Shown piece by piece: positions 39,960 to 52,521 of a stretch of DNA of 64,000 nucleotides. Position numbers and translations under genes: made by a program. This DNA is from Octopus sinensis. Lineage: Eukaryota. Each line of letters opens with the position of its first letter. Positions within the stretch are counted from its first letter, which is position 1. The notes under the pieces were generated by a model. It was not told the DNA's origin. It saw only the letters and a program-made list of their open reading frames with translations, and did not search any database. The DNA lies in assembly GCF_006345805.1 (NCBI RefSeq), contig NC_043005.1, forward strand, positions 93,930,001 to 93,994,000, read 5' to 3'.

Positions 39960-41290
39960 TGTATAGCACTTGTGGAAACGTATCTTAGACCTAAAACAAG
40001 AGATGCAGAAATACACATACTACAATATGTTGTCATATGCTCAAATAGAAAAGGAGCCAGGGTGGAGTTGCTGTGTACATCTGAGAGGACCTCATGCCCC
40101 AGGTCCTGCTGTCATATCCAAATTCAGTTTGTGACACTCAAATTGTACACATAAGACCACTTAATTTTGTCATATGTACTACATATTGTTCACCGAATGC
40201 TCCAAATCATACAGGTAAGTTTGAAGACTGCCTAGCAAAGATAGAAGTTCTCACCAAACTGGAACAACACATCAGTGTATTCCTTTTGAGTGACTTTAAC
40301 TTCCTCACTGTGGGATAGCCTGAGGGCCTATGCTCCCAGGAATGAAACACCACCAGCAAGCACAGGCAGAGACCCTGCTTCACCTTATTAATGCTTCTTT
40401 CATGGAGCAAACTGTGCTGTAACCAACCAGCTTCAAAAACAATATGGACATTATCCATAATGTTAAAGTGACACCAACACTGGTCTCAGATCACAACATA
40501 ATAGAGCTGTCTGTGTATGGACCAAAAGCCCCTGTAGATGTACAGCCTATAAGAAGCATCCAAAATGTCTCCAAACTGAATTTTCATAAAGCAAATGGGA
40601 AGTTTATTGAGAAAGAGATCCTCATTAAATGGCCTAAATGTCTCTCCACACCAGACATTGACATGAAACACAAACAAGCCATATGTGACAAATCTGTCCC
40701 ACAGCACAGGACCAACATACACAAAAACAGGATCCCTAGGGAAAGGAAGATTCTTATGAACTGGCAAAGACTACAAACCACCTGAACAAGCACCCCAAAA
40801 GTGGTAGGAGTCTCACCTGGAGAGAGTGTCATTGGAGATTGTTAAAAGTTTGCATCAATCTCATGAAAAGCAGAGCAGATAAGAAATCTTGGGTTATAGA
40901 AAATATCAAGTCAAACTTTAAAGCTTTCTTTAACTTTGCCAAAGAAACAATCTCAGTATGCCACAAGATAGGACCCCTCTTTCAAAACAATAGCTCCAGC
41001 TCCCTCACAGGAAACCCAATGAGGATAAGTGAAATACTGAACGAACAGTTCCAAAGTGTGTTCACTACACATCTGGGACACAGGCAAGTGAACAAACCAG
41101 CAAAATTCTTTGCCACTTTACCTGTAACTAAAGAGGCAAAAGTTGATTACCTCAACATTAAAGAAGATGTAACACTGGCCATAGATGGGGTTGATACAAA
41201 CTCAGCTGCTGTCCCTGATGGATTCCCAGTGATCCTCCTCAAATCGTGCAAACAAGCCCTTGCAAAACCACTGCACACACACACACATGC
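39960..41290 (+). mobile_element. Decayed CR1/L2-group LINE (AP endonuclease to start of RT)
   Basis: FLLSDFNF; SDHNIIEL; KAFFNFAK; NSAAVPDGFPVILLKSC. Confidence 0.75.
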
Positions 41291-44200
41291 ATATGATGCA
41301 CCAGTTTTGCCGTATGAAGATCCGACGACCTACTCTTTCTTTGTCAGTCATAATGCTTATGTCGAATGTGACATTTAAGTGCCACCAATGATTTGCAGAA
41401 AAGTTCACAGATCCTGCAACTGAAGCCTGTTAATGCTGGTTGCAACAAAGATTTTAACACCGTTTTGACACAATGATCTTCATTTTGTTCGTACCAAGGC
41501 TGTTTGCACAAAGGTGTTGTGAGTTATCTTCCCTCCCACCCATCCACTCTCAGTTTTTCTGTTCCACTCATGTCTACTCATCAGTGTCACCTTCTAGTGA
41601 CACTGAGCACCTCATCATGCTATGTATCTCTTTGCAGTTACCTACCGATTCAGTTCTCACTCTCTCTCTTAAATATCAAAAGTCAAGCAGCTCCTCTACA
41701 ACAAGAACATGCTCTGCCCCACCCCCTTCTACCTTAACCCACATCTGCTATCATGGAGCTCCTCCCTTGGGGTTTGGAGGCTTACAAATTGCATGGCAAC
41801 CTCACCAGTGCTGGTGGTATGAGAAAAGCACCCAGTGTACACTGCACAGTGTTTGACTTTAGGAAGGGCATTCATCCATTGAAATCATTAAAGCAGGCAC
41901 TGGAGCACGACGTGCTCCTTGGATTCACTGAAGCCTGTCAAACTACCCAATCCATGTCAGTATGGAACACGGACATTTTGACCATTATGAAATATCTGGC
42001 ACGATCAATTTTACATCCACTTTCAATGCTGTCATAAGCTGAACAAAACAGATAACATTCTACAGCCAGATGCTCCTCCGGTTGCCAACATTCATTTTTT
42101 AAGGAAGGTACTTTTTTTTTACTGGTGTTCCTACAACGAAATTGCTCAATGGAAGCATAAACATAACTGATGATGATTTATACACACGCAAGATCATTGT
42201 AATGTCGTTGTGCAATCAAAACATTTTAATAAATAGTTTCACCTATGACAATTCGTCTGTGAAGAACAATTAGCAGCTTCACTCATCTATCGCATCATTA
42301 TTAAAAAAGAAAAATCTTCAACGCCATAACTGCCAATTAATTTATTTTAATTAAGTATTTATAACTTCATCTTTATTTTGCAAAGACGTGTGAAGACAAC
42401 TGTTTACAAGTAGAAAAAGATATATAAGTGAAAGAAATTTATCGATGGCTCGCAGGCAGAGACAAGTAATGTGATTCAGGGGTATCCCAGAGAAAACAAA
42501 AACTGCAAAACGTTATTTCTAGAACTTTAGAATCTTATTTAAATGTGTAAAAAATTCTTTCATTTGCTCTTTTCACAAATTTACCTTCCCATGAAAGAAC
42601 TTAAGTTTAACAAATTTAAAATTGTACAAGGACTTTATGACGCGTGTGTGTGTGTAACAATGGAATTTTATGAGTGGAGTGGTAGACAATTTGTCTGGTT
42701 GTCAGTTAATGCAGTATTTCCTCAAGGTCTGCCAGGGATTGTTAAATTCGTTGTCACACTTCCCATTCTTAAAACTAAAAATAAATAACTGGTGTAATGT
42801 GTGAATGAGATGTCCTCGTTAGTCACTACCCTAAAACCGTTTGTAAACTAAGTAGGTCATGAGGTGTGGCCACATTCTAACCGCTTCTATATTGACTTTT
42901 TCCTTGTTTTATTAAAAAGTTACACGACTCATGTTGTTGTCAGATTTTCTAAAAGAATGGAACGTTTGCACAAACAAAAAAAGAAAATCTTATAGTAAGT
43001 CTAATGAGGATTATATGCAATAACGAAATTGTCTAACATATTATTAAAGTGCTTTTAATAGGAAGAAAAAAGGTGTGGCGAGAAATAGAGTTAAAATGAC
43101 TTTGTTATATCGCTAGAGACACCAATTGGTTACCTGTATAAAAAGGCTACCATATAAAACAGTACAACATTGTGTCCACTAGCAAGGAAACGGAAATAAA
43201 AATTACTATTAGGTGGAGAAACTAAACTTCATATTATATTTCAGTACCATGAATATAAAGCTAGGGTAACTCTTTGTTGTCGTTCAGCTGCAGGTCAGCC
43301 ACGATCTAGCAGAGCTATGATGAAAGGCATTCCGCTACGATCATCCATTCATTTCTTACGCACACGTTACTCAACGTGTCCGTTTCTTAAACAGGCGTGA
43401 CTTGAGGGGGATATTTGTCGCTTTCTAGCAGGTTGAAAAACCACCGACTTCCTTGTTGATTATGTAATTGGAGGAGGGGGACTGACAACTTTTATCTGAG
43501 TCCCAGATCCATTCATGTTTTCCTGTGATATCCAGGAAACAATTCACATGTATATCTAAGTATGTGGATACCATAATTTTTGTTTTTTCCTTCCTGGATA
43601 AAACAACACTATGTTAATAATATGTTATGTAACGGCTACGCAATAACATTTTTTATCTTACACCTTGACAATAGTTTTTATAGCTAACAAGTATCAATAT
43701 TTCAGGTTAGTCGTGTTTCTGTTTCAAATCTTAGTCAAAATTAAATATAAGTAGTAAATATAAAAACGGTATGAATCACAATGTGAGGGCAACGTGTATA
43801 GCAGTTTCTAATTTACGCATCAGGTAAGAAATTTGGAGGGAGGAGCAATTCGATACGGTCGATCCCAGGACTTGATTGGGACTCCGGAGGGATGAAAGGC
43901 AAAGCTGATCTCAGTGGAATGTGAATTAAGATTATGTAAAGTATCAGAAGAAATACCGCAAGGCATAAAACCAAAAAAAAATTTTAATCATCAAATACGT
44001 CAAACACTTCCAAGAAAGTTGTAGAAATCCAGACGTCATTCTTGCACGTAAGCTTCCCTCCTGATGAAGAGGCTTGGCTGGAAAAGGGTGAATGACGTCG
44101 TCTCTTCAAACCCGACACTCTGTAGACCAATATCGAAGGAATGATGAAATATGAACCTGTATGGGGATCGGTGATTAAAGCTAGTGATAGATAATAGAGC

Positions 44201-44617
44201 TTAAAAGGTAAAAAACGTAAAACGTGATATAAAAGGCTGGGACAGTAAGTTATCGGGACTAGAGTAATGAATAAATGGATTTACCAACCCAGTGCTGCAT
44301 TGATGAATGATATATAAATGAATAGATTGCCTTAATCTGTACCACCCTCCATTTTTTTTTTATGATACGATATAACGCGTAAATTACCGTATCTTTTTGA
44401 AACGTTTGATGAAAATAAACACGTGTTGGCAATTAGAGGAAATAAACATGATCAACGTTATCTTCGTTACACATGATAAGAGAAAATATAGCTATATTTC
44501 AATAACCTGAAAAAAGAATAGACAAATGGTACAATGAAATAAAAGCTTTTTAAAGGAAAGAATAATGATTCTAATACATTTCAAGTAGCTCAGAAAAAAA
44601 AGAAAAGAAAAGGATAC

Positions 44618-44674
44618 AATCAAACACTTCTCATCATCGGCGAGTAATTTTTTCACCAAAGGTAATGCTTCCAT
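44618..44674 (-). CDS. OCRL/INPP5B: First coding exon of an OCRL/INPP5B-type inositol polyphosphate 5-phosphatase (MEALPLVKKLLADDEKCLI)
   Basis: ATG at 44674, 5 nt after an acceptor (tttactcaacAG at 44681-44680). The 57-nt phase-0 exon ends at GTATCC. Spliced to 15950-15871 it reads MEALPLVKKLLADDEKCLI-SVRAGLVDNGKKISKYLVVVNRSGDKA, which aligns by eye to the INPP5B N-terminal PH domain as recalled (MDQSVAIQETLAEGEYCVIAVQGVL...RLLGLV...EHA). Confidence 0.78.
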
Positions 44675-45277
44675 TATACCTGTTGAGTAAATCCTAAGTA
44701 AACTTGAGCAAATACATATGAAATAGAGATTTCCTATTGAATTCCAGTTCGGTTCTGTTTATTATATATATATACATCCAGGGGAAACAAATAGAATATT
44801 CTTTGTATTTCTAAATCGGACAATAGTTCCGACGGGTTACTATTGAATGGCAGCTGTTGAGGACATTCAAAGTAGAAGATAAAATTGAATAGCACACGGT
44901 AAAGCGTTCACATGTCTGCAAAATAGTTTATATTTTTGGTTTTCTTGTAGCTAAAAGAAAGTAGAGAAAGATCGAATTGTACATCTGTATTCATTTCTAG
45001 TTAGAAGAGAAAAAGAAAGTCCTCTTTTTGTATTTCAGGACATCGAATTCTTCCACTCGCATATTGTGTCCCAAGCAACTAAACAGATTTTTTAAGATGC
45101 TATGTAATATCTGGCGAAATTATAGAATTTACTGCACGTAGGAATGACAAGTGTATATTGTCATTTCTCCGTGCATTATTCATACATTTGTCATTTCTAC
45201 AGAAAAGCTCAGATAAGACGATGGCGATGCTAAAAATAACAATATGGGCAAGTATGCCTTAATGCTTTTTTTCTTAC

Positions 45278-45450
45278 GGTTTTGTAAGGAGTGCATTCAA
45301 AGTTCATCTCCGATGTTTCTATTCAGTCTTACGAGTTGGTCAACTGCTTCTTCTTCTCGGCTGTTGCCAAAATTCCGGTCATCAAAACGAACCAACAGGT
45401 TCTCACAGTTGAAACGTTTTAATTTCATCCAAGTCTGTTTCGACAGCTTT
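45278..45450 (-). other. Putative non-coding 5' UTR exon of the OCRL/INPP5B-like gene (upstream limit uncertain)
   Basis: Donor ACC|GTAAGA at 45277. Non-repetitive sequence, visibly richer in CpG. The downstream ATG exon starts with an acceptor, so an upstream exon is required. Confidence 0.4.
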
Positions 45451-45943
45451 CTTACTGTGAATTATTTAGTAATTTGAAGGATGTGGAATAATTGTAACTG
45501 AGTAGGAGATGTTGAGACAATTATAAATCATAGAAACAGCTGATCGATGCATCAATTTGAAAATAATCCAAGATAATGTTGTTGGTTTGCCATGAAGACA
45601 CAGAACCGACATTATATGTACAACAGAGCTAATGGATTTAGTTGCGTATTCAAACTTGGACAATATTGAGGCCGGGACGAAAGTTTTATTTGTTTTTAGT
45701 TCCAATCTAACACGAAATAAAACTTTGTAAAAAAAAATTAAATAAAAGATTTTTAAAAGATTAAATCTTTTTTACGAAATTATAAGAATTAATTTTATAT
45801 ATTCGAGATACAAATTTTCACAATGTATACAGTGACTGAAAATCTATGTGTTTGGGAAACAAATAAATGCAATAATCTCTTATTTACTAAACACATATTT
45901 TTCTTTATTTGTTACATATATAATGTGTATATATATTATATAT

Positions 45944-46005
<62 letters not shown>

Positions 46006-46118
46006 AATGTTTCGTTTGTAGTAGCACCACGTTTACCGTCGGTTTCCGTAAACAACTTTTATTTTTTTACATATGGCTTTGCGGGAATATTTGAAGTAAT
46101 GAGAGCGAAAGAGACTAA

Positions 46119-46218
46119 NNNNNNNNNNNNNNNNNNNNNNNNNNNNNNNNNNNNNNNNNNNNNNNNNNNNNNNNNNNNNNNNNNNNNNNNNNNNNNNNNN
46201 NNNNNNNNNNNNNNNNNN
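46119..46218. other. Assembly gap (100 N)
   Basis: Run of N. Confidence 1.
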
Positions 46219-46890
46219 AGAACGGGCCAAATCAATTAACATTCAAGACCTACGAAAACCCAAACACATCCACAGTACAGTAAATAGCCTCCCCTATCTC
46301 TCAACACACAACCCAAGGAATGCAGAAGCTTACACTATTATATACAACAACATTCCACAACTAAATCAAGACCCACGCCTGAAAAAATACTGGCAGCTCA
46401 TAAAATAATAAAAAGTAAGAGACAACCTAAATCCCTAAAAAACCTCCTTACCAACGCAAAATTACACAACACAAACCCACCGCCCACCATCAAAAAATGT
46501 GGTCGCCCCAACTGCAAGACCTGCATCCACCTCATTGAGGGATCGTCGTACAAGTTCCACTCGGGACACACATTCATCATAAAAAATAATTTCACGTGCG
46601 CATCAAAAAATTTACTCTACGTCATAAGGTGTGAAGGATGCCACGAAGACTACATAGGCAAACGAGCCTTACCCTCAGAGAAAGAATGACAGTTCACCGA
46701 CAACAACTGAGGGACCCCTCCACAAGACAGATACCACTAAGTGGACACTTAGACCTTTGTGCACACAATAAGTCCCCCAAATTGTTAGTCTTCCCACTAT
46801 ACCAATGCTCGGACAACACCACAGACCAAACACGAATAAATAAGGAAAGTAATCTTATTCAAAAATACAGACCACAACTAAACATACTCT
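46219..46890 (+). mobile_element. Penelope-like element linker and GIY-YIG fragment
   Basis: IIKSKRQPKSLKNLLTNAK; KCGRPNCKTCIHL; FTCASKNLLYVIRCEGCHEDYIG; RMTVHRQQ...PLSGHLD. Confidence 0.8.
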
Positions 46891-47039
46891 AACATACCCC
46901 TGGACACACATCCAGAGCAAGCACACAGGGACACGCGCACACTCACAGCATATCGTGCGGGCGGGCACATGCGCGCATCGGCACGCATAGGACACACTAG
47001 CGGGCATTGACCGCACACATACGTGGCACGTACACGCAT

Positions 47040-47441
47040 GCATTATATATATGTAGGTTATGTATGTGTGTGAGTGTTGTGTGTGTGTGTGAGTGTGCAC
47101 GTTGTGTGTGCGCGTGTGTATATATATGTGTGTGTGTGTGTGCACTGTATGCGTGTGTGTGTATGTGTGTGTGTGCATGCGTTGTGTGTGTGCACGTGTA
47201 TATATATATGTGTGTGTGTGTGCACTGTGTGTGTGTGTATGTGTGTGTGTGTGTGTGTTGTGTGTGTATATGTGAGTACATTGTTTGTGTGTGTGTGCGG
47301 TATGTAGAGATATATTTGAGTGTGTACGCTATAGGTTTGTATTTTGTGTGTGTGGGTGTGTGTGTGAATTTTATATATATATGTGTGTGTATATGTGTGT
47401 GAAAAAATATATGTATGTGCATGTATGTATGTATGTATATG

Positions 47442-47472
<31 letters not shown>

Positions 47473-48077
47473 ATGTGTGTGTGTGTATATATATTTGCAT
47501 GTATATGTGTGTATAAACATGTGCATTATTTGCATGCGCATTGTGTATATGTATATTGTATGTATGTGTATTGTATATGTATGTGTACAATTAAGTGTAT
47601 ATATGTGTGTGTATGTGTGCATTGTATATATGTATATTGTAGGTGTGCTATATATGCATGAATACATGTATATACGTTGCGTGTATATATATGTATGCAT
47701 TGTGTATGTATGTTATGTGTGTGTGTGTCTATATATATTATATGTATGCGTACGTGTATGTGTATGCATTGTATGTATATTGTGTGTATATGTGGTATAT
47801 CTATGTATGTGTATGTAAACACTATTTATATGTATATATGTATATATGTATATGCATTGTCTATATATATATATATATATTATATGTATGTATTGCGTAT
47901 GTATATTGCATGCATATATTGTGTATGTGTATTATATACATGCTGTGTATGTGTATTGTATGTGTATATATATGCTAGGTGTATTTGTGTGATATTTATA
48001 TTATGTATATATGTGTGCGTGTGTTGTGTGTGTGTGTGTGTGTGTGTGTTGTGTGTGTGTGTGTGTATATATGTGTG

Positions 48078-48118
<41 letters not shown>

Positions 48119-48255
48119 GTGTGTGTGTGTATATATTATATATGTGGGTGCGTTGTGTGTGTGTGTGTGTGTGTTGTGTGTATGTGGTGTGTGTTTGTAT
48201 ACTATGTGTGTGTGTGTGTGTGTGTTGTTGTTGTGTGTGTGTGTATATATGTGTG
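47040..48255. repeat. ~1.2-kb compound (TG)n/(TA)n microsatellite
   Basis: Seen directly. Confidence 0.95.
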
Positions 48256-48914
48256 TGACAAACAGACGCTGTCTGACCAGCAGGCACACGGACACATCTA
48301 TTCACACCCGCATACTCACCTCCCAATAACCCCAAAATCACTGATACTTGAAGGGGAAGTATAAACCAAACTGGGTACACATCCTTTTTTTTTTTTTTTC
48401 TTTCAATTCAACTTTTCTGCTAAAACAAACAGGTCAGTAAAAAACAAATTCTCGCCTTCGATTCAAAATATTCCGAGATGTCTAAAATATCCATTTTAAT
48501 TTTCTCTGTCAATATTACAAGCTTTCTCACCAAACTATTACACTTCCTTATGTCTTTAACATGTCCTTTCTACCAAAGACTGTATATATATACATGTAAT
48601 GTGACAATTTGCGACAACCAATAATTAACGCAACCAAATTTCCAATAATATATTTGTTTTATTCTTTTCTGCCAATTTTTCCAAATATTCTCATCACACT
48701 ATTGAACTTTTTTATACTATATTTATACATGTAATGTGACAATTATGTATAAAAAAACATTTTGAATTCATAATATTCAATGTGACAATTATGTAAAAAA
48801 CTTTTTTGAACCCATAATATTCAATGTTACTTTTGACAATCTTTTACCAAAGAGTGAAAACGGTTAAGTAAATAAACATCGTTTAAATTGCATTTTCAAA
48901 CCTTTTTTCATATA

Positions 48915-48970
<56 letters not shown>

Positions 48971-49009
48971 TAATACATATATATATATATACTATATATA
49001 TACACATAT

Positions 49010-50592
49010 ATGTTCGTTGGCTATGTTGAGGCCCAAATATTCTCAAATTTCACTGGTCCCACTCCTGAACTATATTGTCGTTACATTGACGACATTATCG
49101 GTGCCACCTCACTCTCCCTTGAACATCTAGATCTTCCTCTCTTTGTCCAATATTTCCATCCAGCCCTCCACTTCACTTCCACTCTCCAACACCTCTGTCT
49201 CCTTCCTCGACATTTCGGTTAGCATTCTTCACTCCACTCTTACCACCTCCATTCACTACAAACACACAGACTCACACTCATACCTCAACTTCTCTTCCTC
49301 CCACCCAGAACACACCAACCTTTCCATCCCCTATTCCCAATTCCTCCGTCTACGTAGGCTCTGTAGTGACGACCATGACTTTGAGACTCAGTCTCAACGT
49401 ATGGCTCACCACTTCACCCTACCCACGTAGGGTGAAGTGTATTCATCTCCAGTCCGACCCGTCCACTTCACACCTCTTCCCTAACCGACCCCTCCCCTCT
49501 TTCAAACGAGCCCACAACCTTCGAGACCTTTTGGTCCATAGCTCCTTCCCTGACCCTACCTCCCAACCCAGCTCGTTCCCCTGCTCCCGCCCACGTTGCC
49601 GCACTAGCCCTTACCTCTCCAACACCACCCTCCTCACTAGCACCCATCATCGACCCTATCCCATCATCCACTCCTTCACCTGCACCTCCAGCAATATTAT
49701 CTATTGCGTCTCTTGCTCTCTCTACCATTCCTTGTACATCGGACAAACGGGACGCCGCTTGGCTGACCGGTTCGCGGAACACCTTCGTGACATCCACCTT
49801 GCGAACGACACAACAGTCTCCGCCATTCCGCTCCACCGGTCACTCCTTGCAACACCTATCTGTGTTCGGTTGTCCTTACACAGAGGCCATCCGGATTCCC
49901 GTTTGCGCGTGAATAGGAATTAATCTTCTCACTTCGCTCTTATATGCCATTGGGTCTCAACTCTCCCCCCCTCCTCACCTACCGTTCACCGACCCTACCT
50001 CTTCAGTCCTCATCCTTTCCCCCCTACTCCCTTCCCTTCTTCCCTCTTTCTCTCCCTCCTTCCCTCTTCCCCTTCCCTCCCCTCACTCCCTTCTCTTCCT
50101 CTTCCTCTCCCTCCTCTCTCTCCCCCCCTCCTCTCCTCCCCCCCCTCTTCTCCTCTCTCACACTACACACACGACTTTACACATCACATCATATATGATG
50201 TGCCATACTAATACATACACCAACCCTATACATACAACGTCCAGACCTCTCATACGCACTAATACTCTCTCATACACACACACCCACACACACCCTCATG
50301 TTGGAGCTGGTCAATCAACCCTATTATCTCCCCTAATTTCGCTCTCGCGTCTCATGTTTGATCTTTGACTTCTGGCTGAAATCAGATCGCCATGTTGGTT
50401 CGTTAGTTACTGCACGCATTTTTTCTCTCCTTCTTTCTGTGTTTTTTTCTCTCTGTGTATCTTTCTGTTGAAGAGCGTAGGCTCGAACATTAAAGACTTG
50501 TTTTATTTATATTTCCTGAGCGCCATACTAATACAATTGTTTGTTTGTTTTCCACCTGCCTTCGTCTTTTGTCTATTTCTAAAGCTTCCCGT
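49010..50592 (+). mobile_element. Penelope-like element: RT C-terminal half, GIY-YIG endonuclease and 3' pseudo-LTR-like region
   Basis: YCRYIDDI; YKHTDSHSYLNFSSSHP...IPYSQFLRLRRLCS; CSRPRC; FTCTSSNIIYCVSC...LYIGQTGRRLADRFAEH. The 3' region ends in (TA)n. Confidence 0.88.
50460..50496 (+). ncRNA. Degenerate hammerhead-like motif in the Penelope 3' region
   Basis: tcttt-CTGTTGA-a-GAGC-gtag-GCTC-GAAC-atta-aaaga. Stem I tcttt/aaaga and stem II are present, but the core deviates (CTGTTGA, GAAC). Confidence 0.4.
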
Positions 50593-50632
50593 TATATATA
50601 TATATATATATACATATATATTATAATATATT

Positions 50633-50667
<35 letters not shown>

Positions 50668-50739
50668 TATATACTACATACATATCTATATATATATATA
50701 TACATTATATATATATACATACATATATATATAATATAC

Positions 50740-50814
<75 letters not shown>

Positions 50815-50834
50815 TATATATATATATATATATA

Positions 50835-50872
<38 letters not shown>

Positions 50873-50900
50873 CATACATATATAATATATGTACATATAC
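50593..50900. repeat. (TA)n-rich microsatellite
   Basis: Seen directly. Confidence 0.95.
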
Positions 50901-52307
50901 ACATACATATAGATATTGCATATGTTTATTTGAATGATGAAGTATATTTTGTATTTATATGATAATATATTTTGGATAATGAAAAGTTTTTATTGCTACA
51001 GTCATTTAACAAAACTACTTCATTATTCTGTGGTTTACACAACCACTTGCATGCACTCCCCCCCCCCCCCCACCACTGTTTCATTAAAGAATATGTCTGC
51101 CTTTATTGATAAACAGAAAAAAGTTTATCATGAATGCCTAGTTTTATACTTTTCATAATGGAATGACTGTAAAGCAACAGTTAATGCATGTACATGTGTG
51201 TGTGTGTGTGTGTGTGTGTTTATCTGTGTTTGCTTGTGTATAGGTATTGATATATAAACAAAACAAACACATAGTTTACACAGAGGCAGTTATATGAACA
51301 TTTGTACGCCGGAATTTGTGTCTGTAAATCTGTGTGTGTGTGCCTTTCAAAAATAAGTCCAAAGCAATAACATTTGACTAGAAGAATACATGACAAATCC
51401 AGTGACAACTAATTAAAAATATTTCACTTTGGCTGTTTTTTTCCTCCTTTTATTTGTTGCTGTCTTTCATGTTTTCCTATCTAAAAATATAGAAAAGTGA
51501 GAACCAAAGAACTCAGCTTTCCAGTGCCGTTAAAGAATGTATCCATTTCATATATTGCATAAACAAAACTATCTTCTTTGTCTCTTAGAAACCTAACAAA
51601 AGATTGGTTATCATAGAAAAATCCTATTTTTTCATTTGTCAATGTCAAAATAAAATAAAATAAAAAAGCTACATAGAACTATTGATTCATTAAGATTTTG
51701 TGTGAGAATAAACTTAATTCTAATAAAAATGCTTGAGTTTTCAGTTATTTTTCTAAATTATTTTCTTCTCTCTCTTTCTTTCTGTAATATATCGAAATGA
51801 TGTTACATGATGTTCTTTTCGTTGAGAAGGATTTGCATTTCTGTGATTCTAAGCAAAATACTGAAGATAGCAGAAGGTAGATTTACTTATGAGCGGCAAA
51901 CAAGCTGTGCATTTATGTGTGTAAGTAGACGTGTGTCAGCATAAGAGAGTATGCATATGGGAGTGTGTATATATATTTGAGTATTGGAGTATATATAGAT
52001 ATATATATTTATGTGTATGTATATATGTGTAGTGGGCTAGATTTGATGTGCCATATCAATTTGATATGATGTAGCCCACTACTGAATGTAGCGTATAGAT
52101 GTAACGCTTCAAGGTTTTCCCGTCAGAGTAACCAGTGAACATCAAAGAATTAACTCCAAGAAGGAAGAAATGTTATTTACATATATTCATTCGTTTACCC
52201 GACAGGTTGTTACAGAGACAGTAGCAATTCTAGTGATAGTGACGACAAGGATGACTTGCTGGTTAGTAGTTGATCTGTAGAAAAAGGTTGTCTGTTAGTA
52301 GAGAGGA

Positions 52308-52521
52308 AAAGAGTAAGGCAGTCATGGTGCTGACTAGAAAGGAAGAAAAGATAAAGGCAGCATCAACTTTTTTATGGCCGAAAGCCTCTCTTCGCATGTC
52401 GAGTGAAGGGAAGTAAAGAGTAAGGCAGTCATGGTGCTGACTAGAAAGGAAGAAAAGATAAAGGCAGCATCAACTTTTTTATGGCCGAAAGCCTCTCTTC
52501 GCATGTCGAGTGAAGGGAAGT
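52308..52521. repeat. 107-bp perfect tandem duplication
   Basis: 52308-52414 = 52415-52521. Confidence 0.9.

Larger units (their letters stand above)
15951..44617 (-). other. U12-type (minor spliceosome) GT-AG intron, 28,667 nt
   Basis: 5' splice site GTATCCTTTT (44617-44608). Branch point TTCCTTAAC (15973-15965), with the branch A about 16-17 nt upstream of the AG. Both match the U12 consensus. Confidence 0.8.

Noticed and set aside
44060-44095. CTGATGA...GAAA resembling a hammerhead core
   Set aside because: No stem I or NUH cleavage site can be formed in the correct register.
46096-46118. gtaatga-gagc-gaaa next to the gap, hammerhead-like
   Set aside because: Two core mismatches, and the sequence is cut by the N gap.
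46855-48380. Many long ORFs rich in Y/I/C/V/H/T (also at 22242-23577, 50545-50937 and 54623-55576)
   Set aside because: These are translations of TA/TG/CA microsatellites, not genes.
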